A DNA stretch of 64,000 bases from Candidatus Multivorans sp. Lineage in GTDB: Bacteria; Acidobacteriota; Thermoanaerobaculia; Multivoradales; Multivoraceae. Position numbers and translations under genes: made by a program. A model generated the notes under the pieces. It was not told the origin of the DNA and did no database searches. It saw only the letters and a list, made by a program, of their open reading frames with translations. Positions within the stretch are counted from its first letter, which is position 1, and each line of letters opens with the position of its first letter. Of the stretch, positions 1 to 9,792 are shown one piece after another. Location of the stretch: NCBI GenBank assembly GCA_965224025.1, contig OZ245033.1, forward strand, positions 1,056,001-1,120,000. The letters are read 5' to 3'.

Positions 1-67
1 GGCCTGTCGCATCAGCTTCTGGATGTTCATCGTGATGGTTCCTGTCGGGAATTGAGCTCGAGAGCGG

Positions 68-1765
68 TCAGTGGGTTCGGGGTCTTACGTCGACCACGGG
101 GCCGCCGAAGAGTTCGAGCACCGCCCGCACGGTCGGATCCTTCTCGGCGGCGGTGGTGCGTGCTTCTTCGCTCGGCGGCGCGCGGCGGCTCTCCGGCGAC
201 CCGGGCCGGCGGCCGGGCGCCGCTCCCCGGTCCGACGGCGGTGCGCCGGCCGGTGCGCCGCCGACCGCCGGAGCGGGGTCGTTCTCTCGTCCCGGGGGGG
301 CGGCGGGGATCGTCTTCCAATCGGCCTCGGGGCCCAGCACCGAGCGCACGGTGTCCTTCAGTTGGCCCGCTTTCGCCGCATCGCGGAGCGCTTCCTCGAG
401 CGCCGGAACGGCGGTGACGACGAGCGTGCAGCTCTGAACCGCGAACCGGGCCTTGTGAAAGTCGAGCAGGCCGGCCAGGGACGGCTGGCTGGAGGCGAGG
501 AGTCGTTTGATCTCGCCGGCGGCGTCCGGGGCGGCAGCGGGTACTGCCGCTTTGGCCGCGCTTGATGGTCTGGGGCCGGGGCCGCCAGGTTGCGGAGGCG
601 ATTCCGCGGTAGCCGGAAGACCGCCCGGCAGAGTGGCCCCAAGCGCCTCGATACGCACCAGCCGCGGCAACTCGGCTGCGCGGAGCAGGGCGACCTCCAG
701 AGCCAGGCCGGGCGCGTCGGCGCGCCGCACGACGGTCTCGCTGCTGAGCAACAGATGCAACAGGCGGAGCAGGTTCTCGTAGCCCGTGCCCGACGCCACC
801 CGCGCCAGTTCGGTCGCGGCTTCGGCGGGCAGGTCGAGTTGCTCGGGGTCGAGACCCTGCGCCAGGTGCAGGGCGCTGCGCAGGAAACCGAGGAAGTGGG
901 TGAACACCTGCCTGGGGTCGCTGCCGCCGTCCTCTATCGACCGGATCGTCTGCGACAGCCGCGCGCCGTCGCCGGCCAGGATGGCCTCGAGGAGCGCGGA
1001 GAGCAGCTCGGCGCCGATGCCGCCCAGCAGCCGGCCGACATCCTCGTGGGCGAGCTTGCCGCCGCCGAAGGTGGCGAGCTGATCGATGAGAGCCACCGCG
1101 TCGCGCACGCTGCCCTCCGAGGCGCGGGAGATCAGGCGCAGGGTCGCCGGGCTGGCCTCGATCTCCTCCGCTGCGCAGATTCTCGTCAGGTGGGCCACCA
1201 TCGGGTTCGCGGGTACGCGCCGGAAGTGGAACTCCTGGCAGCGGGACAAGATCGTCGCCGGCACCGTTTCGATTTCGGTGGTCGCGAAGACGAAGGTCAG
1301 GTGCGCCGGCGGCTCCTCGACGATCTTGAGCAGGGCGTCGAAGGCCTGCCTGGAAAGCCTGTGGATCTCGTCGAGAACGACGACCTTGTAGCGGTCCCGC
1401 GCGGGGCCGTACTTCAGGCTCTCGGTGAGCTCCCGGACCTGCTCGACCTTCGAGTAGGTGGCGGCGTCGATCTCGATCACGTCGAGGTCGCCGCCGCTCT
1501 TGATCTCGTTGCATACCAGGCATTCGTCGCACGGGTCGGAGGCCGGGGCGGTGGCGAAACCGTCGGCGCCGACGCAGTTCAGGGCCTTGGCCAGAATCCG
1601 GGCCGCGGTCGTCTTGCCGACGCCGCGGATGCCGGAGAAGAGGTACGCCTGGGCGATCCGCCCTTCGCTCAGCGCGTTGCGCAGGCCGGTGACGATCGCC
1701 TCCTGGCCGACGAGATCGGCGAACGTCTGCGGGCGCCATTTGCGCGCCAGCGCCTGGTACGTCAT
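68..1765 (-). CDS. dnaX: DNA polymerase III subunit gamma/tau
   Basis: N-term YQALARKWRPQTF, Walker A GIRGVGKT, Zn-Cys cluster, DEIH, TILSRCQ. Confidence 0.97.
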   Translation of the reverse strand: MTYQALARKWRPQTFADLVGQEAIVTGLRNALSEGRIAQAYLFSGIRGVGKTTAARILAKALNCVGADGFATAPASDPCDECLVCNEIKSGGDLDVIEIDAATYSKVEQVRELTESLKYGPARDRYKVVVLDEIHRLSRQAFDALLKIVEEPPAHLTFVFATTEIETVPATILSRCQEFHFRRVPANPMVAHLTRICAAEEIEASPATLRLISRASEGSVRDAVALIDQLATFGGGKLAHEDVGRLLGGIGAELLSALLEAILAGDGARLSQTIRSIEDGGSDPRQVFTHFLGFLRSALHLAQGLDPEQLDLPAEAATELARVASGTGYENLLRLLHLLLSSETVVRRADAPGLALEVALLRAAELPRLVRIEALGATLPGGLPATAESPPQPGGPGPRPSSAAKAAVPAAAPDAAGEIKRLLASSQPSLAGLLDFHKARFAVQSCTLVVTAVPALEEALRDAAKAGQLKDTVRSVLGPEADWKTIPAAPPGRENDPAPAVGGAPAGAPPSDRGAAPGRRPGSPESRRAPPSEEARTTAAEKDPTVRAVLELFGGPVVDVRPRTH

Positions 1766-1785
1766 GGTCGCCGCCGCCGGATGCA

Positions 1786-1915
1786 GAGAGAAGTCACTGA
1801 AGGGTTCCGGCTGAACTGCGCCCTCGAAACGAACACCCTATCGCTGCTCCCTTCCGGGCCTGACGAAGTTCGGGGCCGGTCGACACACAGGGCCCGAACC
1901 CTTCGGTCACCTCTC
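1786..1915 (-). ncRNA. ffs: SRP RNA (4.5S)
   Basis: Minus strand contains domain-IV motif GTCAGGCCCGGAAGGGAGCAGC inside a long hairpin (GAGAGGTGACCGAAGGGTTC...GAACCCTTCAGTGACTTCTCTC); usual position upstream of dnaX. Confidence 0.9.
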
Positions 1916-2186
1916 GATCCCTCGCCCGTGCGTGGAGACGAGGATCATGCCGGATGGTAGCAGCACGCAGTGACTCGCAGGGCTGTTCCAAAGTCCGGCG
2001 CTTAGCGCCGGATGCGGGCGAGACGCCCGCGTTCCCAGGCTCGGAGAGCCATCGCGGCGCCGATCCATCGATCCGGGAGTCGTTTCCGCACGTCCGGCTT
2101 CGGAACGGCCGACTCTTGAACAGCCCTGCAGTGACTCGTCTACGGCGTGCGAGGCGGAAGCGGGTGCTGCTACGGTTGCTCGCCGA

Positions 2187-2660
2187 GTGGACGCGGGGGA
2201 CGATCGAACGGCCATGGGGTTGGCTCTCGACGAGGCCCGTCTCGCGGCTGCCGCCGGAGAGGTTCCGGTGGGCGCGGTGGTTGTGCGCGACGGGGAGGTG
2301 GTCGGTCGCGGGCACAACCACAGGGAGTCCTGGGGCGACCCGATGGCGCATGCCGAGATGATCGCGCTGGCTCAGGCCGCCGCCCGCCAGCAGGGCTGGC
2401 GACTGGAGGGCTGCGCGGTGTACGTGACTCTCGAGCCCTGCGCCATGTGCGCCGGGGCGATGGTCAACGCCCGCGTGGACCGGCTCGTGTTCGGGGCGCG
2501 GGATCCGAAGGGAGGCTATTGCGGCTCGATCGGGAACCTCGTCCGTGAACCGAGACTGAATCACCAAATCACGGTATGCTCCGGCGTCCTGGCGGAGGAG
2601 AGCTCGGCATTGTTGCGCGCGTTCTTCCGGCGTCTACGGTCGAGCGGGCTTTTCGATTGA
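2187..2660 (+). CDS. tadA: tRNA adenosine(34) deaminase
   Basis: GEVPVGAV, HAE, TLEPCAMCAGA motifs. Confidence 0.95.
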   Translation: MDAGDDRTAMGLALDEARLAAAAGEVPVGAVVVRDGEVVGRGHNHRESWGDPMAHAEMIALAQAAARQQGWRLEGCAVYVTLEPCAMCAGAMVNARVDRLVFGARDPKGGYCGSIGNLVREPRLNHQITVCSGVLAEESSALLRAFFRRLRSSGLFD

Positions 2661-2661
2661 G

Positions 2662-2751
<90 letters not shown>

Positions 2752-2797
2752 TTCCGGGGTAGGAGAGGACGAGACGCGCCGAGTGGCCGACGAACGA

Positions 2798-2887
2798 GGA
2801 GAGGTGCCAGAGTGGTCGAATGGGGCGGTCTCGAAAACCGTTGACCGCGCGAGCGGTCCGTGGGTTCGAATCCCACCCTCTCCGCCA
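2798..2887 (+). tRNA. tRNA-Ser(CGA)
   Basis: Cloverleaf with CT-CGA-AA loop, long variable arm, encoded CCA. Confidence 0.95.
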
Positions 2888-2905
2888 TGCGTCGGACGAG
2901 ACCGC

Positions 2906-2974
2906 GGGGCGGTCTCCCGAGAATCCCTGGACCGCGCGAGCGGTCCGTGGGTTCGAATTCCACCTTCTCCGCCA
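2906..2974 (+). pseudogene. Degenerate partial copy of tRNA-Ser(CGA) (3' part)
   Basis: 2930-2974 repeats the variable arm, T-arm and acceptor 3' strand with 2 substitutions; 5' half and anticodon disrupted. Confidence 0.75.
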
Positions 2975-2999
2975 TGCCACACCCTAGGAAGGAAAGAAC

Positions 3000-3134
3000 G
3001 TGAAGAGGACATACCAGCCGAACAATCGGCGTCGCAAGAAGAAGCATGGCTTCCGGTCCCGCATGCGGACGAAGCACGGGCGGGCGATTCTCTCTCGCCG
3101 CCGCCGCAAGGGCCGCAAGCGCCTGACGGTCTGA
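3000..3134 (+). CDS. rpmH: 50S ribosomal protein L34
   Basis: Manual translation from GTG: [44 protein letters not shown] (not in ORF track). Confidence 0.97.
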   Translation: MKRTYQPNNRRRKKKHGFRSRMRTKHGRAILSRRRRKGRKRLTV

Positions 3135-3136
3135 CG

Positions 3137-3547
3137 TTGAGCCGATCGAACAGCCCGCGGTGCAACTCCGGCGTAGCACCGGGGGCCGAGCGGATCCGGT
3201 CGAGCCGCGACTATCGCAGGGTCTACCGCCGGGGTCGGCGGCTGCACGGCGACATCGCGGTGTTCCACGTGCGGGCGAATGGCGCCGGCCGCCCGCGGCT
3301 CGGGCTCACCGCCGGCCGGCGGGTGGGCGGCGCCGTGGTGCGCAACCGGCTGCGCCGGCGGGTGCGCGAGCACTACCGGCAGCAGGTCAGGCAGGACATG
3401 CTGCCCGCCGTGGACTTGGTGGTCCATCTGAAGGCCGCCGCGGCCGGGACCGACCGGCGCAGCTTCTACAGCGAGTTGAATCGCCTGTTTGGGGCGGTAG
3501 CCCGGTACGGCGCCGGTCCCTCCCGCCGCCGAAGGTCGCGGTCATGA
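3137..3547 (+). CDS. rnpA: Ribonuclease P protein component
   Basis: RLGLTAGRRVGGAVVRNRLRRRVRE motif; follows rpmH; start approximate. Confidence 0.93.
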   Translation: MSRSNSPRCNSGVAPGAERIRSSRDYRRVYRRGRRLHGDIAVFHVRANGAGRPRLGLTAGRRVGGAVVRNRLRRRVREHYRQQVRQDMLPAVDLVVHLKAAAAGTDRRSFYSELNRLFGAVARYGAGPSRRRRSRS

Positions 3548-3807
3548 GCATTGCGGTCCGCGTCGTCGTCGCGCTGCTACGGGCGTACAAACGTTGGTTG
3601 TCGCCGCTGCTGCCGCGCGCTTGCCGCTTCAGCCCGACCTGCTCCGAGTACGGGCAGATCGCGATGCGGAGCCACGGCCTGGTGATGGGGAGTTGGCTGA
3701 CGATCCGGCGCCTTCTCCGCTGCCAGCCTCTGGGCCGCGGAGGCATCGACTTGCCGCCCGCGGCGTTGCGATTGCGAGGCCCCTCGTGGCATGAGAGCCG
3801 AGGCTGA
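3544..3807 (+). CDS. yidD: Membrane protein insertion efficiency factor YidD
   Basis: YKRWLSPLLPRACRFSPTCSEY...RCQPLGRGGID; between rnpA and yidC. Confidence 0.93.
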   Translation: MSIAVRVVVALLRAYKRWLSPLLPRACRFSPTCSEYGQIAMRSHGLVMGSWLTIRRLLRCQPLGRGGIDLPPAALRLRGPSWHESRG

Positions 3808-5561
3808 TGGATAACCGGAGACTTCTCTTCGCTGCGCTCCTTTCCCTGGGTGTTCTGCTCCTCTGGCAGGCTCTCTTCGCGCCGCCGCCGCCAGTCGAGC
3901 GGGCGCCGGTGGAGATCCGCGGCGCCGAACAGGCGGCGGACGGCGAGGCTGCCGGCGAAGCGAGTTCGGCCGTCCCGGTTTCGAGGGCGCAGACGGCGCC
4001 GGCGCCCCTGCAGCCCGCGGTCGTCGAACGGGTGGAAGCCGGCGCCGAGCAACGGGTGGTGATCGAGTCGGGCAACGCGAAGCTCGAGTTCACGAACCGC
4101 GGCGCTCAGTTGCTGTCCTTCGAACTGCGCCGACCGAACGGCGGCGAGCCGGTGGAACTGGTGCGCAGGCGCGAGGGCGGCCAGCCCTACCCCTTCGCGT
4201 TTCAGGGCTCACAGCGCGGTTCGGCGCTGAACGACGCCCTTTTCGTTGTCGAACGCTGGACCGAGGACGGCGACACACGGCTCAGCTTTCGCTACAGCGG
4301 CGACCGGGGCGCCGCGACGAAGACGTTTCACATTCCAAAAGACACCGCCCAGGTGGGCGGCCTGACCTTCCGGTACCGAATCGAGTCGCCCGGCGACTCC
4401 TGGGGGCTGGTATTGGGTCCGGGAATCCGGAATCCGAGCGTGGACGAGTTGGAGAGCCGGTTGTCGAGCCAGCAGCGGCGCGCGGCGACCTGGTTCTCGG
4501 ATGGCGACTTGGAGTCGCTGCAGCCTCGGAAGGCCGAAGATCCGATCGATCTGGGCGGCAACCCCCGCTGGGTGGCGCTCGAGGACCGGTACTTCATCAC
4601 GGCCGTGGTCCCGGCCGGCGCCCGGGGAACCGTTCAGGCGCGGCCGGTTGCCAACCTGGAGGAAACTGACGGCAACCTGGGCGGCTTCGCCATGTTTGAG
4701 GCCGCGGACGTCGCCACGGCCGACCTGACACGGGATCTGATGCTGGTTCTTCGCTCCTCGGGCGGCGAACTCGCCGGACGGGCGTACTTCGGGGACAAGC
4801 AGTACGACGCGCTGGCAGCGATGGGCGTGCGACTGGAAAAAACGGTGCGGTACGGCTTTTTCGGCGTCATCTCGCGCCCGTTGCAGTTCGGTTTACGCTG
4901 GATTTACGACAACGTGGTCGCGAACTACGGGTGGAGCATCGTGTTGATGACCGTGGTCATCCGCCTGGTGCTGTTTCCGCTGACCCACAAGAGCCAGGTC
5001 TCCATGCAGCGGATCCAGAAGTTGAACCCGCGCATGGAAGCGATCCGCGCGAAGTACCGGCCCAAGCTCAAGGACGGGAAGGGCCGTCCGCGCATGGACA
5101 TGCAGCGCAAGATGAACGAGGAAATCCAGGCCCTGTTTCGTGAGGAGGGCGTGAATCCCGCCAGCGGCTGCCTGCCGATCCTGTTCCAGATGCCCGTGTT
5201 CTTCGGGTTCTTCCGGCTCTTGAGCGAGGCGGTGGAACTGTGGGATGCGTCGTGGCTCGGATGGATCCAGAACCTCGCGCTGCCGGATCCCATCTACGTA
5301 CTTCCCCTGGTCATGGGCGCCTCGCAGTTCCTCCAGCAGCGGATGCTGCCGCCGCCCGCGAACAAGACCCAGAAGCTGATCATCAACACGATGCCGATCT
5401 GGTTCACGATCTTTTCGTTCAGCTTCCCGAGCGGCCTGGTGCTCTACTGGCTGACGAACAACTTGCTGGGAATCGTGCAGACCGGGGTATACAACAAGCT
5501 GAAGAAGTCGGGCTACCTGGGCGGCGCTGTGGCCGCGCGGGCCACCGACACGAAGAAGTGA
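3807..5561 (+). CDS. yidC: Membrane protein insertase YidC
   Basis: NYGWSIVLMT, GCLPILFQMPVF, PSGLVLYW motifs. Confidence 0.96.
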   Translation: MDNRRLLFAALLSLGVLLLWQALFAPPPPVERAPVEIRGAEQAADGEAAGEASSAVPVSRAQTAPAPLQPAVVERVEAGAEQRVVIESGNAKLEFTNRGAQLLSFELRRPNGGEPVELVRRREGGQPYPFAFQGSQRGSALNDALFVVERWTEDGDTRLSFRYSGDRGAATKTFHIPKDTAQVGGLTFRYRIESPGDSWGLVLGPGIRNPSVDELESRLSSQQRRAATWFSDGDLESLQPRKAEDPIDLGGNPRWVALEDRYFITAVVPAGARGTVQARPVANLEETDGNLGGFAMFEAADVATADLTRDLMLVLRSSGGELAGRAYFGDKQYDALAAMGVRLEKTVRYGFFGVISRPLQFGLRWIYDNVVANYGWSIVLMTVVIRLVLFPLTHKSQVSMQRIQKLNPRMEAIRAKYRPKLKDGKGRPRMDMQRKMNEEIQALFREEGVNPASGCLPILFQMPVFFGFFRLLSEAVELWDASWLGWIQNLALPDPIYVLPLVMGASQFLQQRMLPPPANKTQKLIINTMPIWFTIFSFSFPSGLVLYWLTNNLLGIVQTGVYNKLKKSGYLGGAVAARATDTKK

Positions 5562-5578
5562 GGCAGGACGGGGACTAG

Positions 5579-6385
5579 ATGAACGCAACCACGAACAGCG
5601 TGTTTTTTTCGGGCGAAACGGAGGCGCGGGCCGTGTTGGCGGCCGCAAACCACTTTGGCGTATCGCCCGATCAGGTGGTGTTTGATCGGGTCGAGAAGCG
5701 ACACGGCTTCGTCAAGCGCCGTCGGGTGGTGATCCGTGTCGACCCGGAACAGGTCGGTTCCGGTCCAGAGCAGCACGAAGAAGTCGAGACGGAGTGCGGC
5801 GAGGCGGCAGCGGAGGAGTCCGCCGAAGGACTCTCGGCCTCCGCCTCCGATGACGCGGTATCGGGCGCCCCGGAAGAGACGCCGGTGAAGAGTTCGCCGA
5901 CCCAGGAGGAGGAGGAGGAGCGTCCGGCCCAGGACTCCGAAGAGGTCCTGGAGATAGCCCCGAGAGCATTGCGTCAACTGCTCGAACTGGCCGACCTCGA
6001 AGTATCGGCGGACATGGTCCTCGCCGACGGCCGGCTGGAAGTCGAGATCGAGGGAGTGGACCAGGAGCTGTTGGTAGAAGACGAAGGCCAGGTCCTCCTT
6101 GCGCTCCAGCACCTCCTGCCGCGGGTGATGTACGGGGAACTGGGACGAATCGTACCGTGCCGGCTCGATAGCGGCGGCTATCAACGGCGGAAGGAAGAGC
6201 GCCTGAGAGGCCTGGCGCGCCGTGTGGCCGACGAAGTCGTTTCCCGCGGCGGCATTCGCACTCTGCGGCCGATGAACCCGGCCGACCGGCGAATCGTCCA
6301 CATGGCTCTCGCCGACGATCCGGAGGTCGAGACCGAGAGCCACGGCAACGGCTACTTCAAGCGCGTCAACATCCGAAGCGTCTAA
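5579..6385 (+). CDS. jag: Jag/KhpB family RNA-binding protein (Jag_N, KH, R3H)
   Basis: C-terminal R3H PMNPADRRIVHMAL...TESHG; synteny after yidC. Confidence 0.88.
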   Translation: MNATTNSVFFSGETEARAVLAAANHFGVSPDQVVFDRVEKRHGFVKRRRVVIRVDPEQVGSGPEQHEEVETECGEAAAEESAEGLSASASDDAVSGAPEETPVKSSPTQEEEEERPAQDSEEVLEIAPRALRQLLELADLEVSADMVLADGRLEVEIEGVDQELLVEDEGQVLLALQHLLPRVMYGELGRIVPCRLDSGGYQRRKEERLRGLARRVADEVVSRGGIRTLRPMNPADRRIVHMALADDPEVETESHGNGYFKRVNIRSV

Positions 6386-6398
6386 CGCGCCCGTGGGG

Positions 6399-6591
6399 CA
6401 CCCGCTTGCCCCGGGGCCGAAGGAGAGTGTCCCAAGGGGCCGCTCGCGCTTGTTTGGTGAAAGAAGGGTTGGGCTCGCTTCGGTCGGCTGCGCTCCGGTT
6501 TGGCGACGTTCGATGAGAGGGCGTCGGGCGTCGCTTGCCGACAGCCCCCCTGGGACCCTTTCCTTCGGCCCCGGGGCGGGCGGGGCGGTCG
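6399..6591 (+). repeat. ~192-bp structured dispersed element, copy 1
   Basis: Starts CACCCGC; ~35-bp terminal stem (CCCCGGGGCCGAAGGAGAGTGTCCCAAGGGG / CCCCCCTGGGACCCTTTCCTTCGGCCCCGGGG); homologous to copies at 25887, 51041, 52849. Confidence 0.85.
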
Positions 6592-6854
6592 TCCGCTGTT
6601 CCGGGGGGCTCCACGGGGCTTGTGCTGGTGTTGGAGGGCGCCGGTTGTTGTCGGGAAGGAGAGGGCCCCTGTGGGCGCTCGCCGCCGGCTGCGGCCCGAA
6701 GCGTCACGGGGTCTGAGATGGCCGTCGTGTCGGTGTCCGGGAGATACCCTCCACGTGAACTTCGTTGGGGACAGTCCTTGTTGTTGGAGACCTGTGGAGC
6801 CGGGGAGAGCTACAGTCCGCGGTCGGCGTCGGCGACTATGGCATGTGCAGCGCC

Positions 6855-6870
6855 TGTTTCACGTGAAACA
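6855..6870. promoter_or_regulatory. parS: parS centromere site
   Basis: Perfect TGTTTCACGTGAAACA upstream of parAB. Confidence 0.95.
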
Positions 6871-6887
6871 GGGCTGATGCCCGCGGT

Positions 6888-7547
6888 TTGGGTCCCGGGG
6901 TGTTTCACGTGAAACATGCCGATCTGTTTCAGCGCGAGTTTGGTGACGAGTTGTCGCGGGAAGCTGTAGATCGGCTGATACGGCATGCCGAGCTCCTGGA
7001 ACGGTGGAACCGGGTGGTTCGCCTGGTCGGGGAAGAAGGGCCGGAGGACTGGATTCGGCGTCACTACGCGGAGTCGGTGGCGGCGCGGGCGTTCTGGCGG
7101 CCTTCAGCACGTAAGGGGAGCGGTGAGCCCGGGCTTCTCGATATCGGTAGCGGCGCCGGGTTCCCGGGTCTCGTCCTTGCGGCCCTCCATCCCGAGCGGC
7201 CGGTGACCCTGGTGGAGGCCCGCGAACGGAAGGCCGCGTTCCTCGCCGAGGCGGCGCGAGAGCTTGAACTTCCCCTCGTGCGGGTCATCCGGGACCGCTT
7301 CGACGTCGAACTCGCGGCGGGAGTGGCTGGGGCGGTAGAGTGCGCGACGATTCGCGGCCTTCGGCTTCCGGAGGCCACGATGGCTCGCTTGGTCCAGGTT
7401 CTGCCTGGTGAAGGGCGCCTGGTTGTGTGGGTGGGCCGGCAACTTGGGTCCGGCCTGGCGGGTATGTGTGCTGTGGAAGAAGAGATCAATCTGCCCGACA
7501 GCCGGCACCGCCGGCTTCTCGTGCTCCGGCCGCGTAGCCGTGGCTGA
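6888..7547 (+). CDS. rsmG: 16S rRNA m7G527 methyltransferase RsmG (GidB)
   Basis: LLERWN..., RHYAES, LDIGSGAGFPG; start may be GTG 6909. Confidence 0.92.
   Translation: MGPGVFHVKHADLFQREFGDELSREAVDRLIRHAELLERWNRVVRLVGEEGPEDWIRRHYAESVAARAFWRPSARKGSGEPGLLDIGSGAGFPGLVLAALHPERPVTLVEARERKAAFLAEAARELELPLVRVIRDRFDVELAAGVAGAVECATIRGLRLPEATMARLVQVLPGEGRLVVWVGRQLGSGLAGMCAVEEEINLPDSRHRRLLVLRPRSRG
6901..6916. promoter_or_regulatory. parS: parS centromere site
   Basis: Second perfect TGTTTCACGTGAAACA, overlapping the rsmG start region. Confidence 0.95.
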
Positions 7548-8298
7548 CGTCCTGGCGGTCGCCAACCAGAAGGGCGGCGTGGGCAAGACGACGTCGGCGA
7601 TCAACCTGGCGGCGGCTTTCGGCGCAATGGAGCGGAGGGTGCTGCTCGTCGATAGCGATCCGCAGGGAAACGCAAGCCGCGGCCTGGGTTGGTCGGGCTG
7701 GTCGCCGACACTGTTCGAAGTGCTCTCCGGCGAGGCCGAAGCCGCTGACGTGGTCGTCTCGAGCGGGTTCCCCTACGTCGACCTGCTGCCGGCGAACCGC
7801 GATCTCGTGGGAGCGGAATTCGGGTTGCAGCGCGACCGGGACTGGATCCGGCGGCTCACATCGTCGCTCAAGAAATTGGGCGAGAACTACGAACGTGTCT
7901 TCGTGGATTGTCCGCCGGCCCTGGGCCGGCTGACCCTGAACGCCCTCTATGCCGCGGACGCGGTCGTCGTACCGCTGCAGTGCGAGTACTTCGCGCTCGA
8001 AGGCATCAGCGAGCTGATGGCCACGGTGCAGCGGGTGCGGGAACTGGGACGGCCGGACCTGGCGATCGCGGGTGTGATCCTCACCATGTACGATGACCGC
8101 ACCAACCTGTCGCGGGACGTTGCGCGGGAGGTGCGCAAGCACTTCGGATCGATCGTCTGCGATACGATCGTTCCGCGCAACGTCCGTCTGGCTGAGGCGC
8201 CAAGTCACGGAATGCCGGTCCTGCAATACGACATCAAGAGCAAGGGCGCCCAAGCCTATCTGGGTCTGGCGCAGGAACTCGCGGCTCGCCGGCCCTGA
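7540..8298 (+). CDS. parA: Chromosome partitioning ATPase ParA/Soj
   Basis: ANQKGGVGKTT, DSDPQGN, LQCEYFALEG, PRNVRLAEAPSHG. Confidence 0.96.
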   Translation: MADVLAVANQKGGVGKTTSAINLAAAFGAMERRVLLVDSDPQGNASRGLGWSGWSPTLFEVLSGEAEAADVVVSSGFPYVDLLPANRDLVGAEFGLQRDRDWIRRLTSSLKKLGENYERVFVDCPPALGRLTLNALYAADAVVVPLQCEYFALEGISELMATVQRVRELGRPDLAIAGVILTMYDDRTNLSRDVAREVRKHFGSIVCDTIVPRNVRLAEAPSHGMPVLQYDIKSKGAQAYLGLAQELAARRP

Positions 8299-8316
8299 TC
8301 GCGCTGCTGGAGTCAC

Positions 8317-9195
8317 GTGAGTAGCAGACGGCGGGGCCTCGGTCGTGGACTGGACGAGCTGTTCGCCGAGAGCGGCGCTCGTTCTCCAGCCGCGCCGCGC
8401 GCGGAACGCGAGCTGCCGGTAGCGCAGCTCGAGCCGAACAGCCGGCAGCCGCGCGACCGGTTCGACGATGAGGAGCTGGCGGAACTCGCGAGTTCGATCG
8501 CGCAGCTCGGCGTACTCCAGCCGCTCGTCGTCACCGGGGGCCCGGAGCGCGGCGGCCGGTATCGCATCGTCGCCGGTGAGCGTCGCTGGCGGGCGGCCCG
8601 GAGGGCGGGGCTGGAAACGGTGCCGGTCGTCTTTCGGGACGTGGACGACGAGCGCGAACTGCTGGAGCTCGCCCTGGTCGAGAACCTCCAGCGTTCCGAT
8701 CTGAACGCGCTGGAAGAGGCGGAGGCGTTTCGGGCGCTGAGCGAAGAGTTCGGGCTTTCGCAGCAGGAGATCGCTGGCCGTGTCGGCCGGAGCAGGGCCG
8801 CGGTGGCGAATGCCCTGCGTCTGCTTCGCTTGCCTTCAGCGGTGCAGGAGCAGTTGCGGTCAGGAGCGCTGACCGCCGGTCAGGCTCGTCCCTTGCTGGC
8901 GCTTGGCGACGAACAAAGTCAGATTGAACTCGGCGCCCGCGCCGAGCGCGAGTCCCTGAGTGCGCGAGAACTGGAGCGCATCGCGGCCAGCAGGCGGCGG
9001 AAGACCGCCACAACGCGGCGCGTGGCAGCCCCGGAGAGCGACCCCCACACCGCCGATGCCGTCGAGCGGCTGACGCGTAGACTGCAGACACGTGTCGAAA
9101 TCCGCCGTCGCCGCCGGGGAGGCGGCGTCCTCAAAATCCACTTCCACTCCGAACCCGAATTGATCCGCATCTACGAGCGGTTGTCGGCGGAGTGA
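8317..9195 (+). CDS. parB: ParB/Spo0J partition protein
   Basis: GLGRGL, AGERRWRA, ENLQRSDLN, HTH. Confidence 0.96.
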   Translation: MSSRRRGLGRGLDELFAESGARSPAAPRAERELPVAQLEPNSRQPRDRFDDEELAELASSIAQLGVLQPLVVTGGPERGGRYRIVAGERRWRAARRAGLETVPVVFRDVDDERELLELALVENLQRSDLNALEEAEAFRALSEEFGLSQQEIAGRVGRSRAAVANALRLLRLPSAVQEQLRSGALTAGQARPLLALGDEQSQIELGARAERESLSARELERIAASRRRKTATTRRVAAPESDPHTADAVERLTRRLQTRVEIRRRRRGGGVLKIHFHSEPELIRIYERLSAE

Positions 9196-9728
9196 CAACT
9201 CCCAGCGAGCCCAGTATGTCGAAGATCCTCAAGAACAGCTCCCCAGCCGATCTGAACGGCTTTCTAGATGCCGGCAGCGAGATCCAGGGAGATCTCCGAT
9301 TTCGGAACACGTTCCGGGTGCACGGCCATTTCAAGGGCACGGTCGAATCGGAAGGCGAGTTGATCGTCGGTGAAGGGGGCGTGGTCGAAGGAGTCGTCAA
9401 GGTGGGCGAACTCAGCGTCTCCGGGCGGCTCGAAGGCCAGGTCGAGGCCACGAAGCGGATGGAAATCGGCGGGAACGGTCACGTCGAGGGCGAGATCAAC
9501 TCTCCGGTTCTCGTCATCGCGAGCGGGGCGTTCTTCCAAGGCCAGTGCATCATGAGCCCGTCCGAGGCCGTCCGCCCCGCGAGACCCGGCGTCGTGGATG
9601 GCGGTAAGCCGGCGCCGGCGACTGGGGACTCCGATCCGGCTCTCCAGCGATTCGCTCTTCCGGGAGGAACCGACTCGCCGGCCGAGTCAGTGAGCGGCGA
9701 CGGCGAATCCGCCGGCCAGCCCGAGTAG
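9192..9728 (+). CDS. Bactofilin (polymer-forming cytoskeletal protein)
   Basis: Beta-helix repeats GSEIQGDL...GHFKGTV...GVVEGVV...GAFFQGQCIM; overlaps parB stop. Confidence 0.88.
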   Translation: MTTPSEPSMSKILKNSSPADLNGFLDAGSEIQGDLRFRNTFRVHGHFKGTVESEGELIVGEGGVVEGVVKVGELSVSGRLEGQVEATKRMEIGGNGHVEGEINSPVLVIASGAFFQGQCIMSPSEAVRPARPGVVDGGKPAPATGDSDPALQRFALPGGTDSPAESVSGDGESAGQPE

Positions 9729-9792
9729 CCACGCCCAGTTCAGCCGCGGTCAGGGTGCCGCCATGCACCCGGTGACGGGCGCACGGACTGGT

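Noticed and set aside
1916-2180. Alu domain of a large SRP RNA
   Set aside because: A hairpin exists (1916-1946) but I cannot see the Alu consensus or 5'-3' closing helix
2783-3136. N-terminal extension of the rnpA ORF
   Set aside because: Runs through tRNA-Ser and rpmH; chance open frame
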